64,000 nt of DNA from the human T2T-CHM13v2.0 reference genome, Homo sapiens. Shown piece by piece: positions 1 to 17,439 of the stretch. Position 1 is the first letter of the stretch. Every line of letters starts with the position of its first letter. Below the pieces are notes generated by a model. The model saw only the letters and a list, made by a program, of their open reading frames with translations, was not told the origin of the DNA and did no database searches. The DNA lies in NCBI RefSeq assembly GCF_009914755.1, contig NC_060933.1. The stretch is one strand, 5' to 3'. The position numbers and the translations under genes were made by a program.

Positions 1-1151
1 ATTTTTAAAAATATCTTTTACGTTGTAGTGACAAGCTTTTAGCACATTTTTAAAAGATTCCTGGTACTAATCCCTCTTTAAATTTTCCCAGATTGCCTTT
101 TTTTCGTTGTTTTTTTTGTTTTTTGGCAGAGGGGCAGGTGATAGATAGTGGTGGTGGTAATGAATGCAGAGATCTTATCTATGAATGAGTTATAATTGAG
201 TTGTAATAAGCAGTAAGGTAGAAGCTAAGTTCCAGATCTCGATTCATATTCCAATGGTAACAACCTATTGAAATTTGAAAAACAGCACCACATGATCAAG
301 CATGTTTAAAAAACTGGTTGAGTTAATCCAATTTCATTTTCCTCATGGCCTAATCTGTGATGACTGCAACTTGTGGCCTCTGACCCCTTTCCTTTTTTAA
401 GATAGGTGGCCTGACACCTGCTTTTTAAATTATCCTAACTTTACTGTGATGTGCTGTCAGTCCATCACCCCAATCTTCACTCCCAACCCCTGGCAGCATC
501 CCTTGTCCTAATATGCAGTTCTATAGATCTGAGTTAGTGTCTGACTCTATCATTTAATCATTGTCAGTGCTGAGAAGGAGGCGCACTCCTCAGAGCTGTA
601 GTTGACCCAGGGCACTTTGTTTCTTTGCATGAGAAATCTCTAACCTCAGAGATGAGAAAAGCCTATCAATGTCATTCCTTAACCTCCAAATAAAGAGTCA
701 GGACATCCAATGCAATAAAAACAAATACCTCCAAAAATTAGTAAGTACTGACAGAGAGTACGTGTATCTTTCCAAATGTGTAATATACAGGTAGTTAGCA
801 AAAAGATGGGATGAGATAAATCAATGTCTTTGTATAATATTAAACTTTCTCAATGAACATTTCATAATTTCAAATAGATTTTATCTTTAGTGTGCAAATT
901 ACTCTGGTATTTATTTTAATGGTGAATTTTTTTGAATGTTATTTCTATAGAAAGTATGTATCACATGCAACTGACTGATTTCTAATAGAAGAAAAATAGA
1001 TGGAATCATTTAAGCCTAGATATTGAAATATTGGGGGAAAAACATTGGTTAGGCTTAAAGAAACATTTCAGAGGTAAAATACAAGTGTTTAAGTATAGTT
1101 TCATTTTCTCTCTCTCTGCCTCTCACACATACACTTTACACCTGGGAGTAA

Positions 1152-1379
<228 letters not shown>

Positions 1380-2149
1380 TGATTTCCACATGATTTCCCT
1401 GCACAAAAATGTGGTTTTTATTCTTTAATTATGCATAGTTAATTAAATGTCAGACAAGCTGGTACAATAAGGTAACTAGATTAAAGTATGTTCAAGCAAG
1501 CTGAAATACAAGTTTTGATGAAATATGATCAGTTAATCTAAGGATTAAATTTTATGACCAAAGATTTACTAATTCATTGTGAATACTATATAATGTGTTT
1601 TTTATTTTTCATAAAAGAGAAGCAGCTGTTAAGTTTTCCACTCACTGGAAATCAAATATCATTCTCTGCGAAGTTTAGTTAATTAATTAACGTAGTATTC
1701 ATGTGGCAATTCAAAAAGCAAATTCCTCCAAATCTTTGTCTTAAATTGATTTGGGATATAATGCTGCATATTCTGTCTTTCTTTTAGAAATTAACATTAA
1801 CACAAGAAACTCTGAGAGGTCCTGCATAAAAGGACTGTGTTTATTTTGTAGAAGCAACAATTTCCCACACTCATTGAAATCTTCAGTGCAATAGCAAAGC
1901 TTCAAGCACCAACTGTTCTGTAGACCATACTTTGAAACAACTAACATAGAATTTCCGGAATTTGAAAATTATTTTGTAAGCTTTCTTTTGAGCAGAAACA
2001 ATTTTCTCATGTAGATTGCAATGCCTCTTTTTCAGAAGTTCTTTTTGAGGTTATTCTTGAAATGCATATTGGTTTTCTTTTTTTTTATTTGTAATATGTA
2101 AATGTTTTCAACCTTTGGGTTCATGTCAGCAACTTAAAAAGCATTGTCA

Positions 2150-2510
<361 letters not shown>

Positions 2511-3309
2511 CGTAATGGTCAATCCAGGTGTCAGTATAATTGATTTGGACATAAAATAGCTAACCTAAGCAGTAATTTGATTCCTAAAAATTGAGTTGTT
2601 TGGCCTGCATGGTAGTCCACTTATTTATTTGGCATAAAAAGTCTACTTTGCATCACTTTAAAAAATATTGTGAAGTTGGGAAAACTCACTTGAATCTACT
2701 GGAGCTTTCTATAGAATACATACTATACATTTACATGGATATTATTTTTAATCTTCCTCAAGTTCAAAATTACAAAATGATCATACAGATTTATGAGACA
2801 CTCTTTTTGAATATTTTGATATGCAATCTTAATACAACTTTCTCTTACTTAAAAATGAATGCAGTTTTAGTGCAGTGAGTAACAGGAACAGATCTGATCC
2901 ATAGTTTCAAATCTGGCCACCAGTAAGTTTCAGGTCTGAAGTAATTTGCCGTCAGTTAAAATGGTTTTGTACCATATTTTGTATGATGTACATTTTAAAG
3001 TGTCTGGTATGATAATGTGATGATGTGTGTTAGCTTTGGGCTCTAATGAGACAAACAGCGACCTTCAAATCTTTTGACGGACATCTTTAACAATCCTGGA
3101 GGTTTTCATTTCCTCCATTCCACAAGGGGCTCCTGCCTGTGAGGGCTCCAGCCCTCCAGCTCCTGGCTGTTCAGAAGACCTCCAGCTCATTGGTCTGTCC
3201 CCACCCCCATTCTCTACAGGTCAGAAAGGAGAGCATTGGCAGGTTATTACAAGAAAGCCAGAATGGCATATATGCTAGTGGCTTTATAACTTAGTTCGAA
3301 GAATGTTAA

Positions 3310-3597
<288 letters not shown>

Positions 3598-5099
3598 TAG
3601 GGCAGTAACCAGAGGAACGTATCACTTGGAGCCACCTGTATTGAGTGACCCTCCCATGAACTGAGTTTGAGGAGGGGAATGGAAGGAACTGAGGTGGGTG
3701 CAGGTCCTCTGATACCCTTAGCCATGTCACTTCAGCACCGTCAAGGACTGCACTGGTGTGACAGAAGCCATGGGCTTTCATTTGGAAAAAAATTTAGGAG
3801 AGAAGCAGTTTTTAAAAATTAACTCCCCTCCTACATTCAGAAGGGAGCATTGTGGAGTCATTTGCTTTTTAACCTTATTTTATTTACTTTGCAGCTTCCA
3901 GTAGATAGGTCTATCCAACAGTAAGACCACAAGCATTCTGAAATCCTATCCCAACTCTTGTAGATTGTTTTGTAAATGTGGGGGTGTGTATGGGGGTGGG
4001 GGGGTGGGAAATTACAATTTCTATTTTAATTTTTCAAATAAAATTGATTTTTCAGTTTATAAAAATGGAATTTACCAGTCTCATGAAATGAAAAGATTTA
4101 TAATTGTAATAATTTAGATTAAGGTATAGACATAAGAACATAAATCTTAGTCTTTATTACTTATTTTCTATTACTGAGGTGTGCCTAGTAAGGTTTTCCT
4201 GGTGGAAAGTTTATAATAAAAATAGTATTTGGGAATGAAAGTAAAGTGAAAGCTATTTTAAGTCTCTTCAGGCATATGTCCGTTAATGGGGCAGGCAGTA
4301 TTGTTAATATAAACCATCGCCATTTTTCCATAAGTTGTCCCTGTAATCAGCAACTCGTCTAAGCATATTACTTAAAAAAAAGTTTATGATCAGACAGTTC
4401 CTCAGGCACAGTAAGAATATTCTATCAAATAACTATAACATGCCAAAGATTTATTATAAAAACAAATATATTTAAAAGGCACTATAATGATTTAAAATAT
4501 TGAACTATGCTGCAAGTCAATATATGTGTATAAATGTATAGTGGACTATGTTCAAATAGACCAATATATTCTCTAAAATATACATATAACATATAATTCA
4601 GCTGTCTGCAAAAATCCACAAGTTGTTTTGCTAATATAATGATGACACATGTAACTGTAATATTATTTTACTTAAGAATTTAAATAGGACTTTTGTGTGA
4701 TTACCTTAGAGTCTTTAAAAGTAACCACAAATAAAAAGCATAAAATAAGATGGTTTAAATGCATACAAGTGTACAAATAATCATAATAAATACGAGTAAA
4801 CTCTGTTCATTTAAAAACCAGATATTAGATTTTATCATATTGGATTTTTAAAGAAGCTATAGCTTGTTTACAAAAGATAAAATATAAGCACTCGGTGAAG
4901 TTGAAACTAAAAGAATAGAAAATATTTACCACGTAAATACAAATCAAAAGAAAGCAGATATAGCTGTATTATGTCAGACAAAGATGAAAAGCATTGTTAG
5001 GGATAAACTTGAACTCTATCTAATGCTGAGATAAACTCACTAGAAAGATCTCACTACACTTGTGTGTATCATCAGATTGTTTAAAATATATAAAGAAGT

Positions 5100-5664
<565 letters not shown>

Positions 5665-6234
5665 TTAGTAAGGAAAAATTATTTCTTTATAGAATGTATT
5701 ATACATTATTGTTGAATAAGTATAAAAAATTTTGTAAATGGATGGAATCTTAACAAATTTTACGGAATTGTCATGATGGAAACTATATTCTTAACTGTAA
5801 TCAATAATGAATATATAATTTTTAAAAGCTCATGCATGTGTCAGTTAAAGACACAAGAGGAAATAAAATAGATGTAAGTGATAAAAAGTTTGGAAAAGAA
5901 ACAAACCTGGCAGATATTGTAGATAATATGATTGCCTACATAGAAAATCCAAAATAATATAAAGAAATATCAGGAAAAATGAGAGTTCAGTAAGTTTGCT
6001 GAATTTATGGTCAGTCAGTATTGAGGAATTACTTGAATTTCTATAAAATCATAAAATACCATTACACACCTAGAAAAATTTTATTTGCAATATTAACAAA
6101 AATGTAAAGTTCTGTGGAATAACTGCAGTACTTTTATGGAAAAAATTACAAAACTTATTCAAGAGAATTAAGGACAGCCAAATAAATGGATTGACTCACT
6201 ACTGTCGTGGATAGTATGACTCAGTATCTTAAAG

Positions 6235-6451
6235 CAGTAGTTCTCAATCGGGGGTGATTTCGACTCTTGGGACATTTGGCATTGTCTGAAGACATTTTTA
6301 TCATCACAGAGAGAGGAAGGTTGTTTATATTAGTGTCTATTAATTAGAAATCAGGGTGCTGCTGAGCATCCTACAGTGCACAGGACAGCCCCCCCCATGA
6401 CAAAAAAAAATTAGCCCAAAATATCAGTAACGCTGCTGTTGAGATACCCTC
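6235..6451 (+). mobile_element. MER20 (hAT-Charlie MITE)
   Basis: cagtagttctcaatcgggggtgatt...ggacatttggcattgtctgaagacattt...gttgagataccct; near 8-bp TSD tcttaaag/ttttaaag. Confidence 0.88.
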
Positions 6452-6805
6452 TTTTAAAGTTGACATTCTCCTCAAATTAGCCTGTAATTTTAACAAAATT
6501 CCAAAAAATGCCAAGTGTTTTTACTTGTGTGGATTGCAGCAACCTGGTTTTAAAATTCATATGGAAATTAAGGATGAAAGGATAAGCAAGATAATTTTTA
6601 AGATGAAAAATAAAGTGAAGAAACTAGTTCTGTTAGCTGTCAAGACATACTGTATTGCTGTAGTAATTAATGCAGGTTGAACTGGCCAGAAGATAGGCAA
6701 TTAAACAGAAACTGAGAATCTAGAAATTTTTTAAGTGGGTTAGATGTGGATCATAATGATTTTATTATTGCTGACCTACTCCCCCAAAATAATCATTAAC
6801 AGTTG

Positions 6806-7136
<331 letters not shown>

Positions 7137-8164
7137 TTAGCTTTCTTTGCAACCTCCCAAACTTATGGCTCTACTTTGCCTTAAATAAAGTTCCCTGGCA
7201 AATAATAAGTAGTAGCTTTTAGAAGTTTTCACACTTCCTAGGAAAGTACAATTTCCAGAACCGTAGGAATTTCTAATAAATAAAAATTTTAGTAAAATAT
7301 AAAATAAAAGCAAAAAGTCTTTGAAAGTTCTCTTACTGAATTTTTAATACTGCTCCAAGAGATTATGGTACCTATGAAAGCACTATTTCCAAGTGTAGAC
7401 TATAGTATAAGCTTTAGAAAATAATAGGGAGAAAAGAAAAATGAGATGTCCCTATTAATTAGGAAGTTTTGAGGAAGTCTGATAACTATTACAAATCCTG
7501 AGTATTCTATTTTGATTTCCAAAGGTTGGGAATCTGCCTGTAACAATAAGAAACTGGTGAAAAACACTGGCTATCTTTATGCTCAGAATGAAAACACCAG
7601 ACTTTCCAAAACAATGAAAAAACAAGACTTTACTATAGTATCTGCCCTAATTAAACTGAAATGTGGATTTCATTTACACATTCTCAATATTTTGCACAGT
7701 CAGTATTGAAAATGGAATGAAACTTGGAGCTCCCGTGAAATAGATCTTTTAAAATACAAGCATCCTCCATAAATAATTAAATTGCATTTTCTCTACTAGA
7801 CTATCTTGCTAAAATGATGATCACAGAAGTGGAAATGGTAATTTTTAATGGCTACCACATTAATAAAAAATTTCCTAGACCTACCTCATTCAGCAGGAGA
7901 CATATTTCTAGCTTGTCTACCATCAATCCACTCTAAAGCTGAATGGTGATGCCTTTAGATAATCCATATTCTGTTCTTTGCATTAAAATGAATAACAGAA
8001 TCTTAACTAGGTAAAGCAACAGGGTTTTAGTCTGAATTTTAGAAATAAGCTTTCTTTACCATTAAGTGTATTTTTTCAGGGAATAATCTTAAATAATATA
8101 GCCATTTTATTTTAGTTTTATATTTTCCAGTTTGAAAGTTTGATACCTAAAGTCTTTTATAAAA

Positions 8165-8435
8165 GAAGTTGATTAATGGGTACAAAAGTCGAGTTAAGTA
8201 AAAGAAATTCTAGTATTTGATAGAACTAGAGAAATTATAGTTAACAGTAATTTATTGGATATTTCAAAATAGCCAGAAGAGAATTGTAATGTTCCCACCA
8301 CAGAGGATAACTGCTCAAAGTGATGGATATCCCAGTTACCCTGATTTGATCATTATGCATTGTATTCTAGTATCAAAATAGCACATGTGCCCCCAGTATA
8401 TGTACAACTCTGACATGCCAGTTTAATTTTTTTTA
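8165..8435 (+). mobile_element. L1MA-type 3' end fragment
   Basis: ttgattaatgggtacaaa...gtgatggatatcccagttaccctgatttgatcatta, typical of the L1MA 3'UTR. Confidence 0.75.
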
Positions 8436-9044
8436 ATTCAGAAAGCCTTATTCTGAAAATACATAAGTGTTGCAATGATGAAATATCAATTATTGTGATC
8501 TTTTGCCACAAATGCATACAAAAGAAGGTTTGAGAACTGGGCAATTTAAAACATACAGTATTTACTAGATACTGTGGAGTTTCTAACCGTAACTGGACTA
8601 AGAGTGTTTTGTCTGTAAATCAGAATATACATGCAGTTGAGACATATATGTAATAAAATATAACCAAAAGTATATAAATATAAGCATTTTATTATATATG
8701 CATATATGCAATATTATTGGCCAAATATTTATTACATATACAGTTACATACACATATATAATAAAATACTTTTGCAGCAGAGTAGACAAATGCCTTTATT
8801 TTGGCCAGAGACAAAATTAGTGGCATAGCTAAGACCAGGACCCCAGGTTCCCCTAGGGGATCCTCCAGGTCTCTTTGTATTGGACCCAGACGTGTGCATT
8901 TATTTTCCCAGTCACATAATTAATACTCATGGTATTCAACAGGCTGTGTGCTTTCAGAAGGCAGAGACTAAAATATATTTTTTACTCTGTGTCCTCAATT
9001 CCCAGGACAATGTCTGTTCGACAAAAGGTGAGCGCTGAGTGTTT

Positions 9045-9353
9045 GGGGTTTTTTGTTTGTTTTTTGTATTTTTTGAGACAGGGTCTCACTTTGCCACCCA
9101 GGCTGGAGTGCAGTGGTGCACACATGGCTCACTACAGCCTCTACCTCCCAGGCTCAAGGTATCCTCCCACCTCAGCCTCCCATGTAGCTGCTACAGGTGT
9201 GCACCATCACACCCAGCTAATTTTTGTATTTTTTGTAGAGACGGGGCCTCACTATGTTGCCCAGGCTGGTTTCGAACTCCAGAGCTCAAGCAATCTGCCC
9301 ACCCCAGTCTTCTAAAGTGTTGGGATTACAGGCATGAGCCACTGTGCCCGGCC
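9045..9353 (-). mobile_element. AluJ
   Basis: Antisense dimer with J features (gagacagggtctcact, ggctcaag, atcctcccacctcagc). Confidence 0.9.
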
Positions 9354-9684
9354 TGTGTTTGTTGCCTGAACTACTGGGAGCAGTGTTTCACAGACCACTT
9401 TCACACTCATTAGTCTATGTATTACTTATAAGGGTGTAGTATGTATTTGGTTTTGAATCTGTGGGACTCATTTTGCATTTACAAAGTTAACAAGGAAAGA
9501 AATACCCAGTAATCATAAAACGACTTTAAAAAATAATGATAAATTAATATTCTGCAAAATGAATATCTAAATCCAGTGTTACTATTTTTATTTGTAATGA
9601 ATAATCACTTAGATATTATTCTAAGACAATTTTAGAAGGGAAGTTACCTTCTTGATTTTTCCCCTTCTCTGTAATCATTTAGAT

Positions 9685-10008
9685 CAGGAATTGGCAAACG
9701 GGTCAGGAATTGATAACCTCTTGCTTTGGGTGAAATCCAGACCACTAGTCTATTTTTGCATGGCAGTGAGCTAAGAATGTTTTCTTTACATTTTTAAAAG
9801 GTTGAAAAATAAAAAGAATATTTCATGTCATATAAAACTTGTATGAAATTCAGATTTCATATCCATAAATTTTTATTGCAACCCAGCCATGCCTGTGTCT
9901 GTGGCTGCTTTCACACTTGGTGGCAGAGTTAAGTAGTTGCTGTGAGAAGCTGCATGGCCTGCATAGCTTACTGTATGGTCCTTTACACAAAATGTTTGCC
10001 CATCCCTG
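9685..10008 (+). mobile_element. MER58B-like (hAT-Charlie)
   Basis: TIRs caggaattggcaaac / gtttgcccatccctg; perfect 8-bp TSD ATTTAGAT at 9677-84 and 10009-16. Confidence 0.88.
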
Positions 10009-10146
10009 ATTTAGATTCATGGTAGTCTCTGTGCTCTCAAAATATTGAAAATGTTAAGTATTCTGTTAAGCTCTATGATGTTGGTTTCAAATTGAGATAA
10101 GAGATCAGAGTTAATTTTGCCCGAATGTTAATCAGAATAATTTTAA

Positions 10147-10302
<156 letters not shown>

Positions 10303-10983
10303 TAGTGTCAAGAAAAAGCTTTATTTTCATAATAACTTTTTTTGGTTATAAAGGGGTAGACAAATGCCCTTGTTCTTGCCAGAAAGAGAATAGTGGCAGT
10401 ACTAGGACTGGGGTGAATATCAGGAAAACACACATACCATAAAGGCACAGTCAGTACTGAAGATCTGTGTTTCCTTACTGAAGCATTAGTTTATAGAAAA
10501 TGAATCATCTTTGTTTTAACTTATTACTTGCTTGGCTGGATTTATTATCAATTGATTGTATTTTTTCCAGAACAATCATGAGATGAACTATTTTCTGAAT
10601 GCTAAGGGATATTTATTCATTGCCCTTATACTCTTCAGACAACTATAGTGGTAGGAAATTATTGGACACTCTCTATTTTCTGACCTCTGTACATACTGTT
10701 TTACATTACATGGCACCGAATGTGTATTAATCTCTTTCCTGCAGCATTTTCGTTCATGGGTGGCTTTCATGGTCAAGTCCTCGCTCCCCCACCTCAGTGG
10801 CACTATAAGCCCAGGGTTCTTAGAGGATCTACCTACTGGGTAGCACGGGAACCACAACTAAGCTAGTAAAAATCTTCTTTCCCTGAGAAAAATTGTAATA
10901 GTGTTTCTTACCCACTAGCATCATACATTGCCGTGGAGAAGTCTGAGACTAAATGTATTTTTATTTCCTGTTCTACCTCAATG

Positions 10984-11499
10984 TGTGGAGGCTACTTCTG
11001 AGAGGGATGGTTCAACAAGGAGCCTGAGCCTCTCTGTACATTCTTGCCGAGTGTGCCAGATGGTGTGGTGTCTCCATCCCCTAATACCAAGCAGTTTCTG
11101 TAGCCAATCGTGTAGGCAGCTAAGTAGTTCAAAGAGAACACAACATCACTATCGACGCGTACTCACTCCCCAGAGAGGGCGGGGACCGGCTTGTCTCCTG
11201 CTTGATGAAGGAGTCCCGGACCCTTGTCTGGGGGCTCCTCATCTGAGATGCAAACCTACCCACTGTGTGTGTAGCATCCACCTGGGCCAATGGATTGTGT
11301 TGCCCTGTGAAATTTGGAGATAAGGGGAACCAATGCAAATATTCTGACACTCATGCTGCATGCTGTGCTGTGAGCAATAAAGTTCTTTAACTCTGACCCG
11401 GAAATTTTGTGTTTTCTATCAGCATCCATTAATCTGTGGCAAGCTAAATTGTTAGCTTGCAAGTAGGGTGAAATCTCAGACTCTTCACAGCTCTTGACA
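10984..11499 (+). mobile_element. Solo ERVL LTR (LTR40/LTR41-like)
   Basis: TG...CA ends, internal AATAAA (~11377), terminus gcttgcaagtagggtgaaatctcagactcttcacagctcttgaca. Subfamily assigned from memory. Confidence 0.7.
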
Positions 11500-12014
11500 G
11501 ATATGTTATCCTTCAATTTCAAAAACTTATCCAGAATATGCCTTAGCGTTAATTATTCTGTTAATTTTTTCTAAAATGAAATATGCTTATTTTGACCGAA
11601 ATATTCTGTTCTCTTTTAAGAAAAAATGGTTTTTATTATGCTTTGAATACTTTGTTTCATTTGTTGGATTCTCTGCATCTAGGACTGTTGACTTGTTTCC
11701 TTTGCCCCCCATACATTTTTTCTGTTTCTTCCAATGGCTTTAATCTCTTTGTCCTTCTCCTATGCATTCAATATGATTATTCTAAGCTTTTCCCAATGTC
11801 AGTAATTTGTTATCAGCTGTGTTCTCCATTTCCAGATATTTCCGATTTCTCTGTTACCTCTGTGATTTTGTTTGGGTCTTTGATTTTTTTTTCCTTAAAA
11901 ATCATCTTTTCTGTTTATCTCATATTTTAGCTCTTATTTTACTGAATTGGTTTTTATATTATTCCCATAGTGTGAAACTCTTATGAAATTTTTCTTTCCT
12001 TGTGTTCTCTCTTA

Positions 12015-12250
12015 ATTTCCTTCCTCCATCCCATTCAGATGGCTCCTTCCTTCCTTCCTCCCTCCCTCCCTCCCTCTTTCTCTCCCTCCCTTCCTCCCTC
12101 CCATTCAGTCTGGCTTTTATACTCCTTCCTTCCTTCCTTCCTTCCTTCCTTCCTTCCTTCCCCACTCCCTCCCTCCCTCTCTTCTTTCTTTCTCTCTCTT
12201 TCTTTTCTTTCTTTTTCTTTCTTTCTTTCCTGTCTTCTTTTTTTCTTTCT
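12015..12250. repeat. Polypyrimidine (TTCC)n/(CCCT)n/(TTTC)n tract
   Basis: About 235 nt, almost purine-free on the + strand. Confidence 0.93.
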
Positions 12251-12912
12251 CAGTATGTTTGCACTGTTTCTGTGCTTTTTGAAACATTGTTTATACTTGT
12301 AGTGTAAGTCTACACTACAGGTCTGTCTGGCAGGTCTGTCCAGACATTTAATTCATTTATATGGAATGGAGTTGAATTCTTCTCGACATTCATCTCTTCA
12401 CAATCAGACACATACTTCTTGTCCCTTCTGAACTGCAATAGCAGGACTAGAGTTGGTCATCCTATCAATATTTTTTCCCATAATCTAAGAGCTCAAGGGA
12501 GGGATCTGTTGAATTGTATCTGATTTACTGGCCATTCTCTGTGCTGTTTTATCTTCAAGAATTATTAAATGTCCTGTGCCAGGCATCACACTGAAGCATG
12601 GAGGGTATATCTGCAGGCTTCAGATGCCTCCCACAGTTCAGTAATAACCCCTGGAAATTTGTAGCCTTTTCCCCTGCCTATTGATACTCTGACATCAAAC
12701 ACTGGTTTCTAGGTACTCTGTACTTCTCAAAAACATTTTCTAGATTATTTTCTCTCTGGAAATTTACCTCAGCCCTTCATTTCTCTCCAAATGTGGCTGT
12801 ATTTGTGAGACTCTTCAGGATATGTCATTCACCTTCAGTTTATATCCTACTTTCAGCAAGACTTCTGAAAGTATGGAGAAGAGAAAGTGTGATATTTGAA
12901 ATATTCCCTTCT

Positions 12913-13205
<293 letters not shown>

Positions 13206-13469
13206 TTATCTTCTGTAAAACTTGTAGCTTCCTCTTCGTTTCTCTTTTCCTTTCCTTCATCTCTGTTTTCTTTAACATAACACTTATTGATTCTTTTCCC
13301 TTCTTTTGGGGCAGCTGGGACTAGGGGATCTGCAGGGATAGGGTCAAGGAATGACCACTGGGTTAGAAGCTTGGTTCCACACTGGGGAATGAGCAAATCT
13401 GTAAATACAGTGAGGAGAGTAGGAGTGACCTCACTGAGGAAAGAGTTATACATGTGGGAAGGAGGAAGA

Positions 13470-14900
<1,431 letters not shown>

Positions 14901-14936
14901 TTGTTCTTGATTGTTCTTGCCATGAAAGGAATTAAG

Positions 14937-14938
<2 letters not shown>

Positions 14939-14974
<36 letters not shown>
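14939..14974. repeat. (TG)~18 microsatellite
   Basis: Pure TG run. Confidence 0.95.
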
Positions 14975-14977
<3 letters not shown>

Positions 14978-15014
14978 GAAGGAAAGCAAGAGTCTGTGTT
15001 CTGGCTTCTGGAGT

Positions 15015-15330
15015 CATTTATCCAACTACCTCCTTCAAATCTCCACTTGGATGCCTAATAGATATCTCAAATGAAACATGTCCCAAACTGAGCTGCTGCT
15101 CGAACCTGCTTCTTTAGAATTATTTCCCTTCCCAGTTAGACCAAAAACCCCAAAGTCACCTCAGACTCCACCCTTCTTCTCACATCTTACCGAGTTCTTC
15201 AGTAAGTTCTGTTGGTCGTACCTTTGAGGTGATTCTGAACTTGACCCTGTCCCTACTGTGTTGCTGCGCGATCCCCTGACTGGTCTCATTGCTTTTGCTT
15301 CGTTTTTGTTTGGCCTTCTCTGAACACAGA
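15015..15330. mobile_element. L2 fragment
   Basis: atctccacttggatgcctaatagatatctcaaatgaaacatgtcccaaactgagc, a typical L2 segment. Confidence 0.7.
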
Positions 15331-15522
15331 ATTCCAATCCTCAGCGTAATCACCATTTAGCTCTTGATGTCATCAGTATATGACATGGATGCTCAGAACC
15401 CCCAGTGAAAGCTCATATACATTCTATTAATGTATTTAGCAGTCATAATCCTGTAAGTATCAAATGTAGCTGTTATTTTTGTTCCATGACTTTTTTTCCT
15501 TTTGTCGTTTTCTCTATTGTAA

Positions 15523-15807
<285 letters not shown>

Positions 15808-15837
15808 TAAAACACTAAACTTCTATGATTTTAGGTA

Positions 15838-16140
<303 letters not shown>

Positions 16141-16639
16141 AGTAATCATTTTTAAGAGAAAATAAAACAATGAAGCATGAAGCACATAATAATCCATTAA
16201 AATGTCATGCCTTCCCTAGAGTACTGAACAGCAGAGCCAGAGCTTTAAACCAAACTCATCACATTGTTTACTGAATTCCAAAAATATTTGACCAGACATA
16301 TTGTTTTTTATGTACCCAAAGCTTAATTTATGACTGTCAAAATTTACATTCAGTGTTTATAGAATTAGATGAGACTTTGAGCCGTTTGTAAATAAAATTA
16401 CTGAAACCTCAAAAACAAATACTATTTGGTATTCTAGCTATGGGTACATAGCTATGGGTAGTCCAGCTATGGGTACATATCTCTACTATTTAGGACTTAA
16501 CAAGGTTGAATTGTGAACTCTGAGGATAAATATGTTAAAATCCATTCTGTTTTCCTCCAGGATACAGATTTATTCTGCCCCCACCCCAACTCACAGTCTT
16601 GTTTTTCTGCATCGCCGTCATTATCTCCTTCCATCCTGA

Positions 16640-17020
<381 letters not shown>

Positions 17021-17115
17021 TGAGAGCAACAGTTGCCAACAACTACTGCTTATTGGTACTATTTGCTGATAACCTGGTAGGTTCCAGGAGCTTGCTGTGT
17101 GCTTCTTATGTGACA

Positions 17116-17439
17116 TTTCTTTTGTTTGTTTGTTTGTTTTTGTTTTTATTTTTGTTTTCAGACAGAGTCTCACTGTGTCGCCCAGGCTGGAGTGCAGTGG
17201 TGCAATCTCAGCCCACTGAAACCTCCACCTGCCGGGTTCAAGCGATTCTCCTGCCTCAGCCTCCTGAGTAGCTGGGATTACAGGCGCAGGTGCCACCACG
17301 CCTGGCTAATTTTTGTATTTTTAATAGAGACACGGTTTTACCATGTTGGCCAGGATGGTCGTGATCTCTTGACCTGATGATCCACCCACCTCAGCCTCTC
17401 AAAGTGCTGGGATTACAGGCGCGAGCCACCGGGCCCTGC
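17116..17439 (-). mobile_element. AluS
   Basis: Antisense dimer with a (TTTG)n tail. Confidence 0.9.

Noticed and set aside
11959-12307. PSFL/GRKE-repeat ORFs (the KERK ORFs at 57321-57736 are similar)
   Set aside because: Stop-free simple repeats (TTCC, GAAA).
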